Source of the DNA: a virus
Strand: one strand, 5' to 3'
DNA: 64,000 bases
IMG/VR virus record: IMGVR_UViG_3300005613_000008
Span: 1-64,000 of that record
Shown here: positions 46,001 through 56,931 of the stretch, in pieces
Layout of the letters: every line of letters begins with the position of its first letter
Position numbering within the stretch: the first letter of the stretch is position 1
Translations under genes and position numbers: made by a program
Notes under the pieces: model-generated
Seen by the model: the letters and a program-made list of their open reading frames with translations, nothing else
Database searches by the model: none
What the model was told of the DNA's origin: nothing

Positions 46001-49000
46001 GGCATCCCGTAAATCAATACAGGATGGAATACAAAGAACTAAGTAAGCTAAGAGAAGTTTTCTTCCGCAGAGTAGCCGAGGTTTCAGAAGTTGAGAAGTT
46101 TGTTGACTACTACAAGTGGTTTGATGATTCTATTTCTCAAATCATTTCACAGCTTGTTCCAGCATCTGCCGACTACACTGCCGACATCTTGAATACTGTA
46201 GAATCTCACGTCCTTGAGCGTAACAAGTACCAGCACAGAATCCCAATGATGGCTTTCACTTCTTCAACCGAGGGTGTTGCTTTCGGTGCAGAAGAGTTGC
46301 GCTACAACTGGGATAGAAACCATGCTCCTGTAAGTGGATTAGAGCGCGATAACTCAAACTGGTGGAAAGAACGCGCCGAGCGTGAAGGCACCATTTCTTC
46401 TGGTGATGCTGCCGTAGACTCTGATAGAACTCAGATTCGCAACGTTACCACAAATCAGACCAATGGCGGCGTTGGTAGAAGTTTCACCACCGCAGGCGTC
46501 AAATACTCTCGTTCCAGCTTCAAGTACCGCACTCTATCCAAGGGTCAGGTTTTTGAAGCAAAGAGAACAAAAGAGATCAAGGGTGGCGTCAATTTTACTG
46601 ACGACAAGGATATTCATTACACTTATACAGCGCTACATCCCGCTGGTCCAGTAAATCAAGACAACGACATTTTTGTTCCAAAGAACGTTCTTCTCGGCTT
46701 TACAGACGATCTCGTTGCCCTTGAAGACACAAGCGATCCTCCCGAGAACCCAGCAGCCAAGGTCAAGAGAAGCATTCTTGTTCAGCACGGACGCGATTGG
46801 GAAGACGGAATCGGCTACAAAAACGTCAAATCCTCAAAGGCATTCCCATTCAACATCGTCTCTTCTTCTGTTCGCTCTGGCTACAACGCGCATGTTATCG
46901 CGAGAGCAACAGCAAGTATTGAGATCACAAACCTTCATAACGACGTTTACGGTCCAGACATGGAGCGTCCAATGCAGGGACCATTCACAGAATATGCTGT
47001 TGGTGGTCACCAATCTCGTCACATTAAACTCAACACAGGTGGCGACAACTATCTAAATCGTCCCGAGGCTTGGAAGATAGCATTGGGTAAATGCCCCAAC
47101 ACTGACGGCGCAATCGGTATGGTCGGCGCTGATTATCCTTATCCAGAGGCTAATGAAGAGGGTGAGTCACCTTACCCACTTACAGGTGCCCAAAAGGCAA
47201 CTTACTTCCGTGACGAAACCGCAAAGCGACCCGTCAACATTCGCAACATTCAGCATAGAACCGGTTCGACTATCCTTGGTAACTATAATCACAACTATGA
47301 TGTCGTTCACACTGTGGGTGGTTACTCAAACCCAAGAGCCTTCATTGATGAGCAGCCAACTCTTCCTGCTATAGCGGAAGGTGCAGATGTTGTCAAGACA
47401 ATTCTTGATTTAGAGAGAGGTCGAAACGGACACTTTACATTCGTTGATGACTACAATGCTGGTTATCTAACAGGGTCTGGAGACTACAAGAACAAAACTG
47501 TTATCGTCAGTCGCTTCTCTTCTCCAGGCTCACCAGAGACTTCTGCTCCTGCTTTCAAGGATTTTCGTTCTGGTGACTTCTCTGTCTACAACACAATCAA
47601 TAACAGAAACTGGACATCTCGTCGTCCATTCCAAGGTGTGACTTCTTCTATTGTTTCACAGACAACAGGCTTTAGAAGTTTCGATCACACCGGAAGAGAC
47701 TTTGGTTTTACTAACTTGGCTGCCCGACATTCTGCAAGATTCTTCCGCGACTCTTATGTCGAGAGTGATACTGATTTTCCAAATGTTCCAAGAAACACCC
47801 CTGACTTAAACTCTCCCGGTAACGCTGACGATGCTTTTACCGAGGCACCATCGTTCCACAAAGTTCATAGAAACAATTTGCTAAGAGCAAAAGTGCTTAC
47901 CACGGTTGCTGAAGAACCAAGCCCTCTTAATTTACAAAATGATAAAGCTGTTTATTTAGATTCTACAGGATTAACACATGGTTGTCTTGTGTCTGCCTTG
48001 TCTGGAACTACACAAGGCTTGGTTTCTTCTATTCAAAAAAACGGCTTTACTTTTTCAATATGGATGCAGCCTGGGGCTGTAAATCAAGAAATCTTTAACT
48101 TGGTTAGAACAAATTTTAGTGGATTACCTGCTCTAAGATTACATACATCATTTGTATCTTCTAGGCATAGACTAAATGTATCATTTGTTGGTATTTCTGG
48201 CTCTAACAAAGATTACGCCGAAATTTATGCAACTGCTAGCGCCGGTTTTGACCCAAGAAACCAATGGAATCATGTTGCTTTTTCTGTAGGTCAATATCTA
48301 AGTAGCTCAACAACTTCTATCTATTTGAATGGCTCAAAACTAACAAATTTTGTAACAAATGATTTAATTTATCCAGATGCCATATTATATGCTACTGGCA
48401 CTAATGGTAATAATTTTAGAGGCTGGGGAGGGAATTTGCCTGATGGAACACCGAGTTCTGGTCCAGATATGGCTGAACGTTTTTATGTAATAGGTGCAGA
48501 CTACAATAGTGCAAATGCCGTTGGTAACAATCCATTTACTGGCGCTATGGATCAGATAAGTATGTGGACAACTGTTCTATCTGATTCAGAAATTTCTTCA
48601 ATCTACAACAGTGGTACTCCCTATAACATAACAGGTTCCGAGGTTTATCAAAATAACTCTGCGAGCTTATTTGCTTGGTATAAATTTGATGATCCAGATT
48701 CTTTTAATGGCTCAAACATTGGAGAATACGATCCAGTAAATAATGCTGTGAATGATTCTTCTGGCAACAACCGACACATGTTTGCTATAGCGCCTTATTC
48801 ACAAACAAACCAAACAACCATAGTTTCTGCTTCTATTCCAGTACCTCTTGCGGGTGATAGTTCTACAATTATGGTTGAGAGGGATTCTTATATTTGTGAT
48901 CAGAAATACGACAACCTAAACTTACACCACCAGATCCCACGCTCCGATCGTCAATACTCTTGGATTGGTGCATCAATAACCCACACAGGAACCTGCGAGC

Positions 49001-52000
49001 CACGTTACTCTGGTTTTATGAAAGTAAATTCCAATCTCGCACCTTATTACGAGATAACAGGTAACTACTACCCATTCTTTGACTATGTGTCTGCGTCTGC
49101 CGCAACATCCGGCATTTACCAGAATACAACAAGACTTAGCCTTCTTGCTCTTGATAAAACCGGTTCTGCTATCAACACTCTTGGCGAATCAACAATTAGC
49201 GGCGCTCTACAAACTCCCGCTGATGGCGAGAGGCTAAACGCCCTACTCATTCGTCGTGGTGATAACTACGGTTGGAACTGGCGTGCCCATAGAATGCAAG
49301 ACCACCCGATCTTAGATCGAGAGCATAAAGAGAATCTACTAACTGCTCTCAAGAACGAGGAGATAAAAGAATTCCGCTTACCCCCAGTCTCTATGAAGGG
49401 CAGACCAGTCATGGTAAACATGGATGTCGGCGGCGAAAACGTCACTCTCAAGGCTACTCACAACAACGAGAAGATCTACTTCAACGAAAGAGAACTTAAC
49501 GATCTAGTCTTCCAGACCGAAGACCCAACAATCACACCATTCGACCAGTTGATTGGCGTAGCACAAGACTACAGCCTAAACTGGGTGCGTTACTCTGAGA
49601 CCCTATTCCCGTCCACAAGAAACGAGTTCTCAAGCGGATCACGCGAGAGACTTGGTTATGATAACAAGTTCTGGAGGGATAGCCGTAGCGAAAGGACTGA
49701 GCTAGGATCCACAGGCAGTTTTGAACTTGGTCCCGGTATCGGAGGCTCAAACTCTTTTGACGTAACAGTGAAGCAAAGTAGCTGGATTCTCGACGCCCCA
49801 GAAGATTTCACATCAAGAACCACAATCCAAACTGCATCACATGCGAACCCTTATGTATTTATGAGCGGAACTGCTGGTGAATTACAGAATGGATATTTGT
49901 TTGCTCACGTCGAAGGTGGTCTCCCCCCACTCCAGAAACTAGCTACGCAAGCAATAGGAAACAGAGCATCTGCGATTCTTTCAAGAAAGCAGAGTCTAAC
50001 ATCTCCAAATTCTGTTGTTTCAAGAACTGGTTTTGCACCAACTGCTTCTTTGACACACTCTATTACTGATCAAATTCAGACAAAAGGCGGCGAAGCACTT
50101 TGGGAAGCTGGAACTTACGCCACAATCAATATCAAGTCTGGCAGTTCTTTCGTAACTTCTTCTTACCCTTCCGAGCCTTGGTTTGACGAATATGGAGACT
50201 TCCGTGAAGAACTGCAACTTGTCGCGAGAGATTACGCCATTATCCCAGAGTTCAGAATCTCAGAGCACATTAACGATTACGTCAAGGGCGGGACTTTCAA
50301 CAAGTCCAGCTTCGACACCTTCGAGATCCCCGGAACAACAATCAGCAGTTCACAGCAGGACTTCTACAAAGACTACTCCAACTCCGACTTCTTGCGAGAG
50401 TTCGCAAGCATCAAGGACAAGTCTGGATTAAGTGCAAAAGAAATAATGTTGACCTGCAAGGCGGCAGTCCGCTTCAATCCTTACAAGGGTTTTTATCCAG
50501 CACAAAGAACTTTGGACTTGGTAAGTCAGTTCTCAAGCTCATTTTCTAGTGGCTTTTCAATAAATTATTCTGGAACTCAATACGGAGGCTTTATTAAGTC
50601 CGCTGCTGGTGCTTATCGTCCCCTTATTCAGCCTCTCTTCGCCCCAGGCATTCTCTATAACTCCATCAAATCTGGAATTGCGGTTGATTATCCGATTATT
50701 AACACTGAATTTAAAATAAATTCTTTTAACTATTCTGGCTCCAGTTCTCCAGACGCAGAAAATTACATGTTGGCACCCCTAGTGGACGGCGGCGATTTTG
50801 ATCCACTAACTACAAATCCATCAAGTTCAACAATTTGGGATCTTCGTGTTCCATTTGAAACAATGATACAGCCTGGAAAATACATTGACAAAATTCAGTT
50901 CTTAGATTTTGAGCCACATCCTTCTGCTTCCATAAACACAACAGCTTCATTGGATACTTCTGTTTCTGATGGAATCTATGAACTTATGGCAAAGAATTTC
51001 TTTGGACAGACAGGGGATTTCTTCTTAAAAAATTCTTCTTATACAAAGATTGAGTCTGATCTTATTCAAGACGGATTAAAGTTTAAGACTGGCGATGTCT
51101 TTGCTGCGAGACTAAAAATTAGAAAGTCTCATAATGGCAAGCGTTTCTATAGTAATGAATTTGGTTCTACTGGCGATAATTCAAACTTTGCAACTCTCGG
51201 TGCGCAAGCATTTTCTGGTTCTGGCGCAGGAACAGATTTTACTTCAATAAGTGGCTCTTTCCCTATTCCACAAGATCCTGCACACAACTCAGGTTTTCAA
51301 GAAACATTTACAATGTATTCTCGACCAACTGCATTTGGTCCAGCAATCAGTGGTCGAGGAAATGAAACACCATCGTTTAATGATTATACAGAAGCATTCA
51401 ACTCTGGTACTCTAGATTCACTTGAGGGTTATAACTGGGCTTATACACCTCCTTATTACCACGGCGAATCTTGGGTTGACTTTATTTTCCGACCAGATTC
51501 AACTAAAACTTACACACTTGAAGACATCTTGACAGAAACAGATACTGTCTATTGGCGCGCAGATCCGGGTCAATTGAGCGGAAGTGGCGGTTTAAACAAT
51601 AACTATAATCCAAAACTAATTCATTCTCAATTTAGGTTTGGTAGCGCTGCTATATCGACTGGTCAAGTCGCCCCAATCTACGGTGGACTTGCAATCAACA
51701 AAAACGCAATGCAACTTGATTCATCCCTCAATCTCTTCGGTGTTGAGCGAGTCCCCAAGAAGCGTAAAGACAAGTTCGGAAACACAATCCTTGATGAGAA
51801 CGAACTCGCCGGCAAGCGTTGGGTCATCCAGCCCAAGTGGGAAACACCGATGCTTAACTTCGCGAACGTAACAAGCGGCTCGGGCAACATTACTTATCCG
51901 ACAAACTTCTCCGAGTCTGTGCCGCGCGGTATGTGGCACCAATTTGGTGAAATACCGACAGATCCAAGCACGGGTGTGTTCCTCGAAATTGGTGACATTC

Positions 52001-52866
52001 CAAACGATTGGCTCAAATACCACTATGATGTCATTAATGAAGACTCGGTTTACAACAACAATGACCCCGCAGGTTCAGGTTCTACTGCTTACCTCGATTA
52101 CCAGTCTCTAACCGACCTATTCGGCTTCACACGCTCTCAGAAAAAAGACAGCGCAAAAGTACGCCTTGGAGAAATTGCAGACAAGAAAGAGGTTTATGAA
52201 GCCGTTGTTGCCATTCCTTATGTCGTGGAAGCAAACGAAGATTACTCAGGAAACCAAAAGAAGGATGCAATCGAGCGTAAGAAGTTCATTAGCATTCCAA
52301 GGCAGCGCTTTGATGCTGCCCTCAAGGGACGTGAAGGCTCTCAGGACGGTGATTCTCTAGAGACAGCAGGCGAGAGTATCCGCAAGATGGTACAGAAGAT
52401 GAAGCGCTATGTTATGCCACCACAATTCGATTTCATCAATTTCGACCAGATTGATCCAATCGTAATGTACTTCTTTGAGTTCAAGTACGAGTTTGACAAG
52501 GACGATCTCTCCTACATCTGGCAGAACCTTGCTCCGAGAGATTACAAGAAGATCACTTTCCAAGAGGCTTCTGTCGCTCATGATTTGATGAACACAGAGT
52601 TGCTTGAAGAGCAAAATATTATTGACAACCCCAACCTTCGTTGGATGGTATTCAAGGTAAAACAGAAGGCAACCAAAGATTATTATGACCTCATTCCTCC
52701 ACAGATCAAAGCTGCAAGACCTACTAGTAATCTTGATAAGCCCGAGACCGACAAGGATGATGAGTATCTACAGTTCAACTGGCCATACGATTACCTTTCC
52801 TTCGTAGAACTAGTTAAACTTGAAGCTGATGTTCTTTATAAGGCAGATGAAGAAGAAACAGAATGA
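43000..52866 (+). CDS. giant (3288 aa) baseplate/tail protein with LamG/ConA-like domains
   Basis: LamG signatures TVEFW...WNHYAL...GAMDEFRFW and FTFSIW...WNHVAF...GAMDQISMW; FKSKGT (gp7-like wedge motif). Confidence 0.75.
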   Translation: MSIKDLFGKSTNYVSETDQKDAFSDAESSKNVQQITEKQNSFEPQIDYTDPQTFAKYGSAEQYYKSAIDRILDFYPYDGSDAEYNSFYNKSLDIEKYIFNNLYPRTNGYVDFAGSSYISLKGGPHTIAASNTKGLFKDPQSSQRETANIYDEDIYTTEGLPSDYGQGTRESNLLCDFERGVTVEFWLSSSAISSADQQAIFHITGSGQNDELTIFLSGTTGSPFHVRLKENGVTILNDEQVGTTPTTSSILGWNHYALTFKSASLGIASMLYVNGVLDAQTTLGSTGAGTFEQSGSLGYVASGSATETLLNGAMDEFRFWKVERTAQEIGRNWFGQVRGGSNTDISNTTLGVYYKFNEGITGITAQDSVVLDYSGRVSNGTFTGYTLTTRNTGSAIVLAGAAASEYLDPIIYANHPDVSSLRTSLIETGSIYDSNNNASIGSMMPSWVIEEHEETQNDNFTYLMHIVGAYFDKIRLQIAALPDFKTPVYTSSSFKALPFAEHLPASLGLETPQLFVDADVLERFLNRNETQNYEFDLNDTKNLIYLNLYNNLTYLFKSKGTHKAVRNVLRAFNIDDKLVRFNTYANNFVYDLENNLRQTTVYDAVVNFNHADNLGAVVYSTASADSTQLGYISSSNDDKYEDRYGFTLETDVTFPKFIRSIDTFDRNFITASLFGIHSASADSAATEIFDPSIYVFAEREEAYSKNIRFRLSSSLLSTTLTSSNFLGVYNDQPWSLSVRLRPDSFGLTGSVEGVTTSNYILEFTGYNQLLGEIRESFTVTGSVANADAQNLLRSPKRLYVGAQRTDVTGSLINKSDVLVSAVRYWSKNLDNETLKQHAYDFENYGIKDSNKHLSPLDADNAKTLNSHTLVLSYDFSGITTSDGSGEFVVNDISSGSIENRTKFGKLGEISSYLYPAKGVGFGVSSTKAVIKKEFNVHQFINPELAIGENLVQIKTEDDKLFDTLDTIPNYHYLLEKSMYGAISEEMLNFFAGVVDFQNLIGHPVNQYRMEYKELSKLREVFFRRVAEVSEVEKFVDYYKWFDDSISQIISQLVPASADYTADILNTVESHVLERNKYQHRIPMMAFTSSTEGVAFGAEELRYNWDRNHAPVSGLERDNSNWWKERAEREGTISSGDAAVDSDRTQIRNVTTNQTNGGVGRSFTTAGVKYSRSSFKYRTLSKGQVFEAKRTKEIKGGVNFTDDKDIHYTYTALHPAGPVNQDNDIFVPKNVLLGFTDDLVALEDTSDPPENPAAKVKRSILVQHGRDWEDGIGYKNVKSSKAFPFNIVSSSVRSGYNAHVIARATASIEITNLHNDVYGPDMERPMQGPFTEYAVGGHQSRHIKLNTGGDNYLNRPEAWKIALGKCPNTDGAIGMVGADYPYPEANEEGESPYPLTGAQKATYFRDETAKRPVNIRNIQHRTGSTILGNYNHNYDVVHTVGGYSNPRAFIDEQPTLPAIAEGADVVKTILDLERGRNGHFTFVDDYNAGYLTGSGDYKNKTVIVSRFSSPGSPETSAPAFKDFRSGDFSVYNTINNRNWTSRRPFQGVTSSIVSQTTGFRSFDHTGRDFGFTNLAARHSARFFRDSYVESDTDFPNVPRNTPDLNSPGNADDAFTEAPSFHKVHRNNLLRAKVLTTVAEEPSPLNLQNDKAVYLDSTGLTHGCLVSALSGTTQGLVSSIQKNGFTFSIWMQPGAVNQEIFNLVRTNFSGLPALRLHTSFVSSRHRLNVSFVGISGSNKDYAEIYATASAGFDPRNQWNHVAFSVGQYLSSSTTSIYLNGSKLTNFVTNDLIYPDAILYATGTNGNNFRGWGGNLPDGTPSSGPDMAERFYVIGADYNSANAVGNNPFTGAMDQISMWTTVLSDSEISSIYNSGTPYNITGSEVYQNNSASLFAWYKFDDPDSFNGSNIGEYDPVNNAVNDSSGNNRHMFAIAPYSQTNQTTIVSASIPVPLAGDSSTIMVERDSYICDQKYDNLNLHHQIPRSDRQYSWIGASITHTGTCEPRYSGFMKVNSNLAPYYEITGNYYPFFDYVSASAATSGIYQNTTRLSLLALDKTGSAINTLGESTISGALQTPADGERLNALLIRRGDNYGWNWRAHRMQDHPILDREHKENLLTALKNEEIKEFRLPPVSMKGRPVMVNMDVGGENVTLKATHNNEKIYFNERELNDLVFQTEDPTITPFDQLIGVAQDYSLNWVRYSETLFPSTRNEFSSGSRERLGYDNKFWRDSRSERTELGSTGSFELGPGIGGSNSFDVTVKQSSWILDAPEDFTSRTTIQTASHANPYVFMSGTAGELQNGYLFAHVEGGLPPLQKLATQAIGNRASAILSRKQSLTSPNSVVSRTGFAPTASLTHSITDQIQTKGGEALWEAGTYATINIKSGSSFVTSSYPSEPWFDEYGDFREELQLVARDYAIIPEFRISEHINDYVKGGTFNKSSFDTFEIPGTTISSSQQDFYKDYSNSDFLREFASIKDKSGLSAKEIMLTCKAAVRFNPYKGFYPAQRTLDLVSQFSSSFSSGFSINYSGTQYGGFIKSAAGAYRPLIQPLFAPGILYNSIKSGIAVDYPIINTEFKINSFNYSGSSSPDAENYMLAPLVDGGDFDPLTTNPSSSTIWDLRVPFETMIQPGKYIDKIQFLDFEPHPSASINTTASLDTSVSDGIYELMAKNFFGQTGDFFLKNSSYTKIESDLIQDGLKFKTGDVFAARLKIRKSHNGKRFYSNEFGSTGDNSNFATLGAQAFSGSGAGTDFTSISGSFPIPQDPAHNSGFQETFTMYSRPTAFGPAISGRGNETPSFNDYTEAFNSGTLDSLEGYNWAYTPPYYHGESWVDFIFRPDSTKTYTLEDILTETDTVYWRADPGQLSGSGGLNNNYNPKLIHSQFRFGSAAISTGQVAPIYGGLAINKNAMQLDSSLNLFGVERVPKKRKDKFGNTILDENELAGKRWVIQPKWETPMLNFANVTSGSGNITYPTNFSESVPRGMWHQFGEIPTDPSTGVFLEIGDIPNDWLKYHYDVINEDSVYNNNDPAGSGSTAYLDYQSLTDLFGFTRSQKKDSAKVRLGEIADKKEVYEAVVAIPYVVEANEDYSGNQKKDAIERKKFISIPRQRFDAALKGREGSQDGDSLETAGESIRKMVQKMKRYVMPPQFDFINFDQIDPIVMYFFEFKYEFDKDDLSYIWQNLAPRDYKKITFQEASVAHDLMNTELLEEQNIIDNPNLRWMVFKVKQKATKDYYDLIPPQIKAARPTSNLDKPETDKDDEYLQFNWPYDYLSFVELVKLEADVLYKADEEETE

Positions 52867-53861
52867 AGTTCCTAAACAAGAAAGAGCAGGTTTTTGACAT
52901 TCAGCTTACCCCCTACGGCAAGCAGAAGTTGTCTATGGGAAAGCTCAATCCAACTTATTATGCCTTCTTTGACGACAACATTCTCTATGACATCCAGTAT
53001 GCTCATTCTGGAGCATCCGAGACCCAAAACGACATCCATAAAAGAATCAAACAAGAGACTGCTTATCTTGAGAGTCAAGTATTATTTAATCAGATAATGT
53101 CTGGAACTCTTGTTGATGGTGGAACATTTGATACAGTCACCCTAAAACAACTTGATAATCTCTACACTACGGAAGCTTTCATTGGCGATGCGCTTTTGCA
53201 ATCAGAAGAGCAGAAAGTCGCTCCTGCTTGGAAAGTTATCACAATGCAGGGGCACATTTCATCTTCTGTTTCAACACCGCAGGGAGTTCTAAACAATTCT
53301 ACAAAGAATAGAAACAAAGCAGAGGCAGGTATAACACAAATCAATATTAGTGTCAATTATTCTTTGAGAGCTATGCCGTTGGAAACTCGTGTTTCATTTG
53401 ATAATTTAAGGCAAATCCAAGACACTTCCAATGTCTTTGCTGATGATACTGTAGTTCGTTTAGAAACAGAAGATGCCTTGATTTATGTTGAAGAGTTAAA
53501 CACCGAGCTACTTGTTGATAACTTTGACATTGAAGTATTTGAGGTTCCAGAAGACATTGAGAATAGCGAGTTGCGTCGTCTCTATTTCAAGAATAAGGTT
53601 CCGCAAGTTGTGGATGGAATGTTGGTTCATTCTGCTCCTGTCGAAAACACACAAGAACTAGACAAAGATAGCGTTGAATACTACTTCACTCTTGATAGAG
53701 ACTATCAGATCGATCCAAAGATCGCCTGCAAGTACATCAATCAGTTCAACACAGAGGACTATTTAATAGACCTAGATTTCGATTGTGAAGACATAGAGGG
53801 TGAAGACCTCTACTTTGATATCTACGGCAGAGTTACGGAGTCAGAGATATGTCCAGATTAA
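52863..53861 (+). CDS. baseplate/tail-attachment protein
   Basis: FLNKKEQVFDIQLTPYGKQKLSMG N-terminus, paralogous to 60660. Confidence 0.65.
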   Translation: MKFLNKKEQVFDIQLTPYGKQKLSMGKLNPTYYAFFDDNILYDIQYAHSGASETQNDIHKRIKQETAYLESQVLFNQIMSGTLVDGGTFDTVTLKQLDNLYTTEAFIGDALLQSEEQKVAPAWKVITMQGHISSSVSTPQGVLNNSTKNRNKAEAGITQINISVNYSLRAMPLETRVSFDNLRQIQDTSNVFADDTVVRLETEDALIYVEELNTELLVDNFDIEVFEVPEDIENSELRRLYFKNKVPQVVDGMLVHSAPVENTQELDKDSVEYYFTLDRDYQIDPKIACKYINQFNTEDYLIDLDFDCEDIEGEDLYFDIYGRVTESEICPD

Positions 53862-56437
53862 TCTTTGAAGGCGATACGATAAGCCGTTTTGGCAAGAAGA
53901 TTCCAACTCCGTTTATCGAAAAAATAAAGATTTTTGAAGATAAGATTGAAGCAGAATTGGCGATCTATCTTCATATCACAGATGATGCGACAACTAACCA
54001 GCAAATTTATGAAGATTTAAACAATTTCGTTTTGTTTACTCCTGGCGAGAGGAATGGAATCTCAGTGATGGATTCTTTTGAAATTGTTAGAGATACAATT
54101 TATAACTCTAAATCTCAGAGATTTGCAAAACTTTTTTATAAAGAAAGCAAGAATTTTGACTTTGAGCGTTTAGGAAATAGAGAGCTTTATTATTATTGTT
54201 ATATTTCGATCTCAAGCGATGAAAGTGGAAACTCAAACACCAACTTAAACGAAGTGACTAGAAACACCTTAGTTTCAGCTATTGGAGCAAACACCTATGA
54301 TGAGAGAAAAAATTACTCCTCTCCTTTAGTTTACGAAAAGGTTTTAAATTTTGGAGGCGAGATAGCAAATGAGCCAATTTTAATTTACGAAAATTCATTA
54401 GGACTTCCTTATGAGTCTATCCCGCTACAATCAATTCAGAAAGATTACTACAAAACCATTGATTCATTTCGAGAAGACTTAAAAAAACAAATTGATGATC
54501 TTGTTGTTTCCTATGGAACAACTGAAGATCAACAGTTACAATCTTTTTTGGATAGTATTTCTTATATTGCTCAAACAGAAAGCAATGGTGTTATCTTTTT
54601 AACAGAGCTTGATAGGGTTAGGAACTCTTTTCCATCTAGAACTAGCACTAGTCAACTTGGGGTTCTCTATAATAGATTAAAGACAATAATTTTCTCAGCA
54701 AATGATGCCTTGATTCTGGGTGAAAGTTTGCAAAAAAAGATTGTCCCTAACACAAAATTAGTTGATTTGAGAGGTACGTTTCTTGGTCCAACACCCGAAT
54801 GGAGAAGAAGAGAAGAAGATTCTTATGAACCAAGGGTCGATGGTACAGGAGACATTCTTTATCGCACTGTTTTCATGGAAAGACAGCAGATCGAGGCTCC
54901 AAAAATTGCAACACTATCAACCGGCGAAGAAAGACTTTACGATGCTGGTTCTGGAATAACAGTTCCTGATTTTGATGTAACTTCTATTTTTGGTTATTTC
55001 TTTTTTGATTATGAAAAATCATTACACAAAAAGAGCAATATTTCGCAAGTTTATGAAGTTCAAAAACTTTTAGATATTTTTGGTAATGGGGTTTTGGATC
55101 CTTATTTTCAAATTGAAAAAACAGAACTAAGAAAATTTAGGTATAATGATGAGGAGAGAAGAATTACAACTCCCTATAAAGACAATCTCCCCCTTACTCA
55201 ACTTCTTACTCCGTCATCTGAAATAACTCCAGTTCGCAAGGTAGTTTACTCAGGCGAAGGGGGAGAGAATAGTTCTACAGAAATACCTTATGTTGTTCCA
55301 AGAGCGTTTGATACAGTAAGTGGACTAGAGGGCTATAGGCTGATTGCTTTTGAATTTCAAGATTTTGAAATCTCGAATGTTTCCACTTTACCAGGGCAAT
55401 CTTATCGATTCAATGTTTTCATAGATGATAACACTCTTGATTTTTATAAAATGCTTGTAGAGCAGTTTGAAGAAAATATAAATTTATTAAAAGAATATCT
55501 AAGTTTTGCAGAAGAATTTTGTAGCTATAACAACATAGATGATAGATTTAATGATTTTTTTACTAAAGCAGTAACTGAATTTTATGTTCAAAAGGGCTCA
55601 AAGCCTTGGCAATTGGTTCCAAAACTTTATGCCATTCATGCTGATTTGATTAGAGACAAATTTTCTGGTGTTCGCTCTTCTATTGCTAAATTTGCGGAAG
55701 AGCAGGCAATTTTAATTTCACCTGAAAATGGAACGCTTGAGCAACTTAGGAATTTTACTGAAACTGTTGAGGGATTCTACAATAAATATTATAGCTATGA
55801 CACTGGCGAAATCACAGTTCAAATTTCCGCAAGAATAAGTCCAGATGGAAATCTTCAACCAAGTCTTAGGGATAATGTTAGATTTATAGCAACAATTGGT
55901 TGGGATGATCTTCCAGATGTGATTGATTTTACTGTAGATCCACAACCGCCTTCAAAAATAAAATTGTGGAACGGAGAAGAGAAATTTGCAGATAAACAGG
56001 ATATAGAGACTTTTATAGATACTAGAGCCGCAACATTGGCTGCTGCTCGTGGTGAAGGCAAGAGTTTTGAACAATTTAAAACAGATAATGAAGGTTTTGA
56101 GACACTTGAAGGGCTTATACCAAGATTGGATACAGCGCAAAGTGTAAAAATAAGAAAATTTATAAATTTGATTATGAAATTCCTGTCGAGATTGCCGACA
56201 TCGGGAGACTCTTACACAGCAAGAAAGTCAGATATCAATTCGGAAATAGATTCTATGTTAAGCAGAAGCGGACCACAGATATATAAAGATTTGTCAGACA
56301 ATGATATAGATTTTATTCGTTCAAATAAAGCAGTCTTCGGCAACATAGGTTTAATGTATATCAAAGCTGAAAAAGAAAACATTATTTCAGACACCAATAA
56401 ATGGTTCAGAAGAAAAACCAAAAACATAAGGAACTAA
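53849..56437 (+). CDS. large hypothetical (probably virion) protein
   Basis: 862-aa ORF in the structural cluster; AT-rich. Confidence 0.65.
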   Translation: MSRLIFEGDTISRFGKKIPTPFIEKIKIFEDKIEAELAIYLHITDDATTNQQIYEDLNNFVLFTPGERNGISVMDSFEIVRDTIYNSKSQRFAKLFYKESKNFDFERLGNRELYYYCYISISSDESGNSNTNLNEVTRNTLVSAIGANTYDERKNYSSPLVYEKVLNFGGEIANEPILIYENSLGLPYESIPLQSIQKDYYKTIDSFREDLKKQIDDLVVSYGTTEDQQLQSFLDSISYIAQTESNGVIFLTELDRVRNSFPSRTSTSQLGVLYNRLKTIIFSANDALILGESLQKKIVPNTKLVDLRGTFLGPTPEWRRREEDSYEPRVDGTGDILYRTVFMERQQIEAPKIATLSTGEERLYDAGSGITVPDFDVTSIFGYFFFDYEKSLHKKSNISQVYEVQKLLDIFGNGVLDPYFQIEKTELRKFRYNDEERRITTPYKDNLPLTQLLTPSSEITPVRKVVYSGEGGENSSTEIPYVVPRAFDTVSGLEGYRLIAFEFQDFEISNVSTLPGQSYRFNVFIDDNTLDFYKMLVEQFEENINLLKEYLSFAEEFCSYNNIDDRFNDFFTKAVTEFYVQKGSKPWQLVPKLYAIHADLIRDKFSGVRSSIAKFAEEQAILISPENGTLEQLRNFTETVEGFYNKYYSYDTGEITVQISARISPDGNLQPSLRDNVRFIATIGWDDLPDVIDFTVDPQPPSKIKLWNGEEKFADKQDIETFIDTRAATLAAARGEGKSFEQFKTDNEGFETLEGLIPRLDTAQSVKIRKFINLIMKFLSRLPTSGDSYTARKSDINSEIDSMLSRSGPQIYKDLSDNDIDFIRSNKAVFGNIGLMYIKAEKENIISDTNKWFRRKTKNIRN

Positions 56438-56439
56438 AC

Positions 56440-56931
56440 ATGCCAAAGCAAATAGATATAGAAGTTTTTTTAAGTGAAGAAATCACAGAAATAATAACTA
56501 TAAAAGACTCGCAAGAAGCAAAAAAGATTCTTGATAAAAATAAGCTTGGCTCTAACTTTGTAGAAGATGGGAGAATGAATGATTGTTATAATTTTCTAAC
56601 AATCATGGGTGTCTCAGTAGTATCCGTTAAACAAAAAAACTTTTCTTTAAAACAGATTTCAACAGATAATGAATTCATTAAAAATCCAAACATTATAGAA
56701 TCTAAAGATTACAAAGAAACACAGAATGAATACGATAAGCCAGATGATAAATTTCCAAACGAAAGTGATCCATTCTATCAACTTGATGACTACCGCGATT
56801 ATAGCGAAACAAAAACAAAAACGATAAATAGCATAGACAAAAGCGATGTCTTGGTCGATGTGATAGAGGACATTTTGAAAATAAACCTAGTAAATAATAG
56901 TTCTGTAAAACAATTTAAGGACTTAAGCTGA
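56440..56931 (+). CDS. hypothetical protein
   Basis: ATG 56440 (MPKQIDIEV) with SD AAGGA, 2 nt after the upstream stop. Confidence 0.65.
   Translation: MPKQIDIEVFLSEEITEIITIKDSQEAKKILDKNKLGSNFVEDGRMNDCYNFLTIMGVSVVSVKQKNFSLKQISTDNEFIKNPNIIESKDYKETQNEYDKPDDKFPNESDPFYQLDDYRDYSETKTKTINSIDKSDVLVDVIEDILKINLVNNSSVKQFKDLS

Noticed and set aside
33133-52866. Inteins or self-splicing introns in the giant ORFs
   Set aside because: No intein C/S...HN-C/S/T boundaries or LAGLIDADG motifs noticed and no frame interruptions; not excluded without an HMM search.
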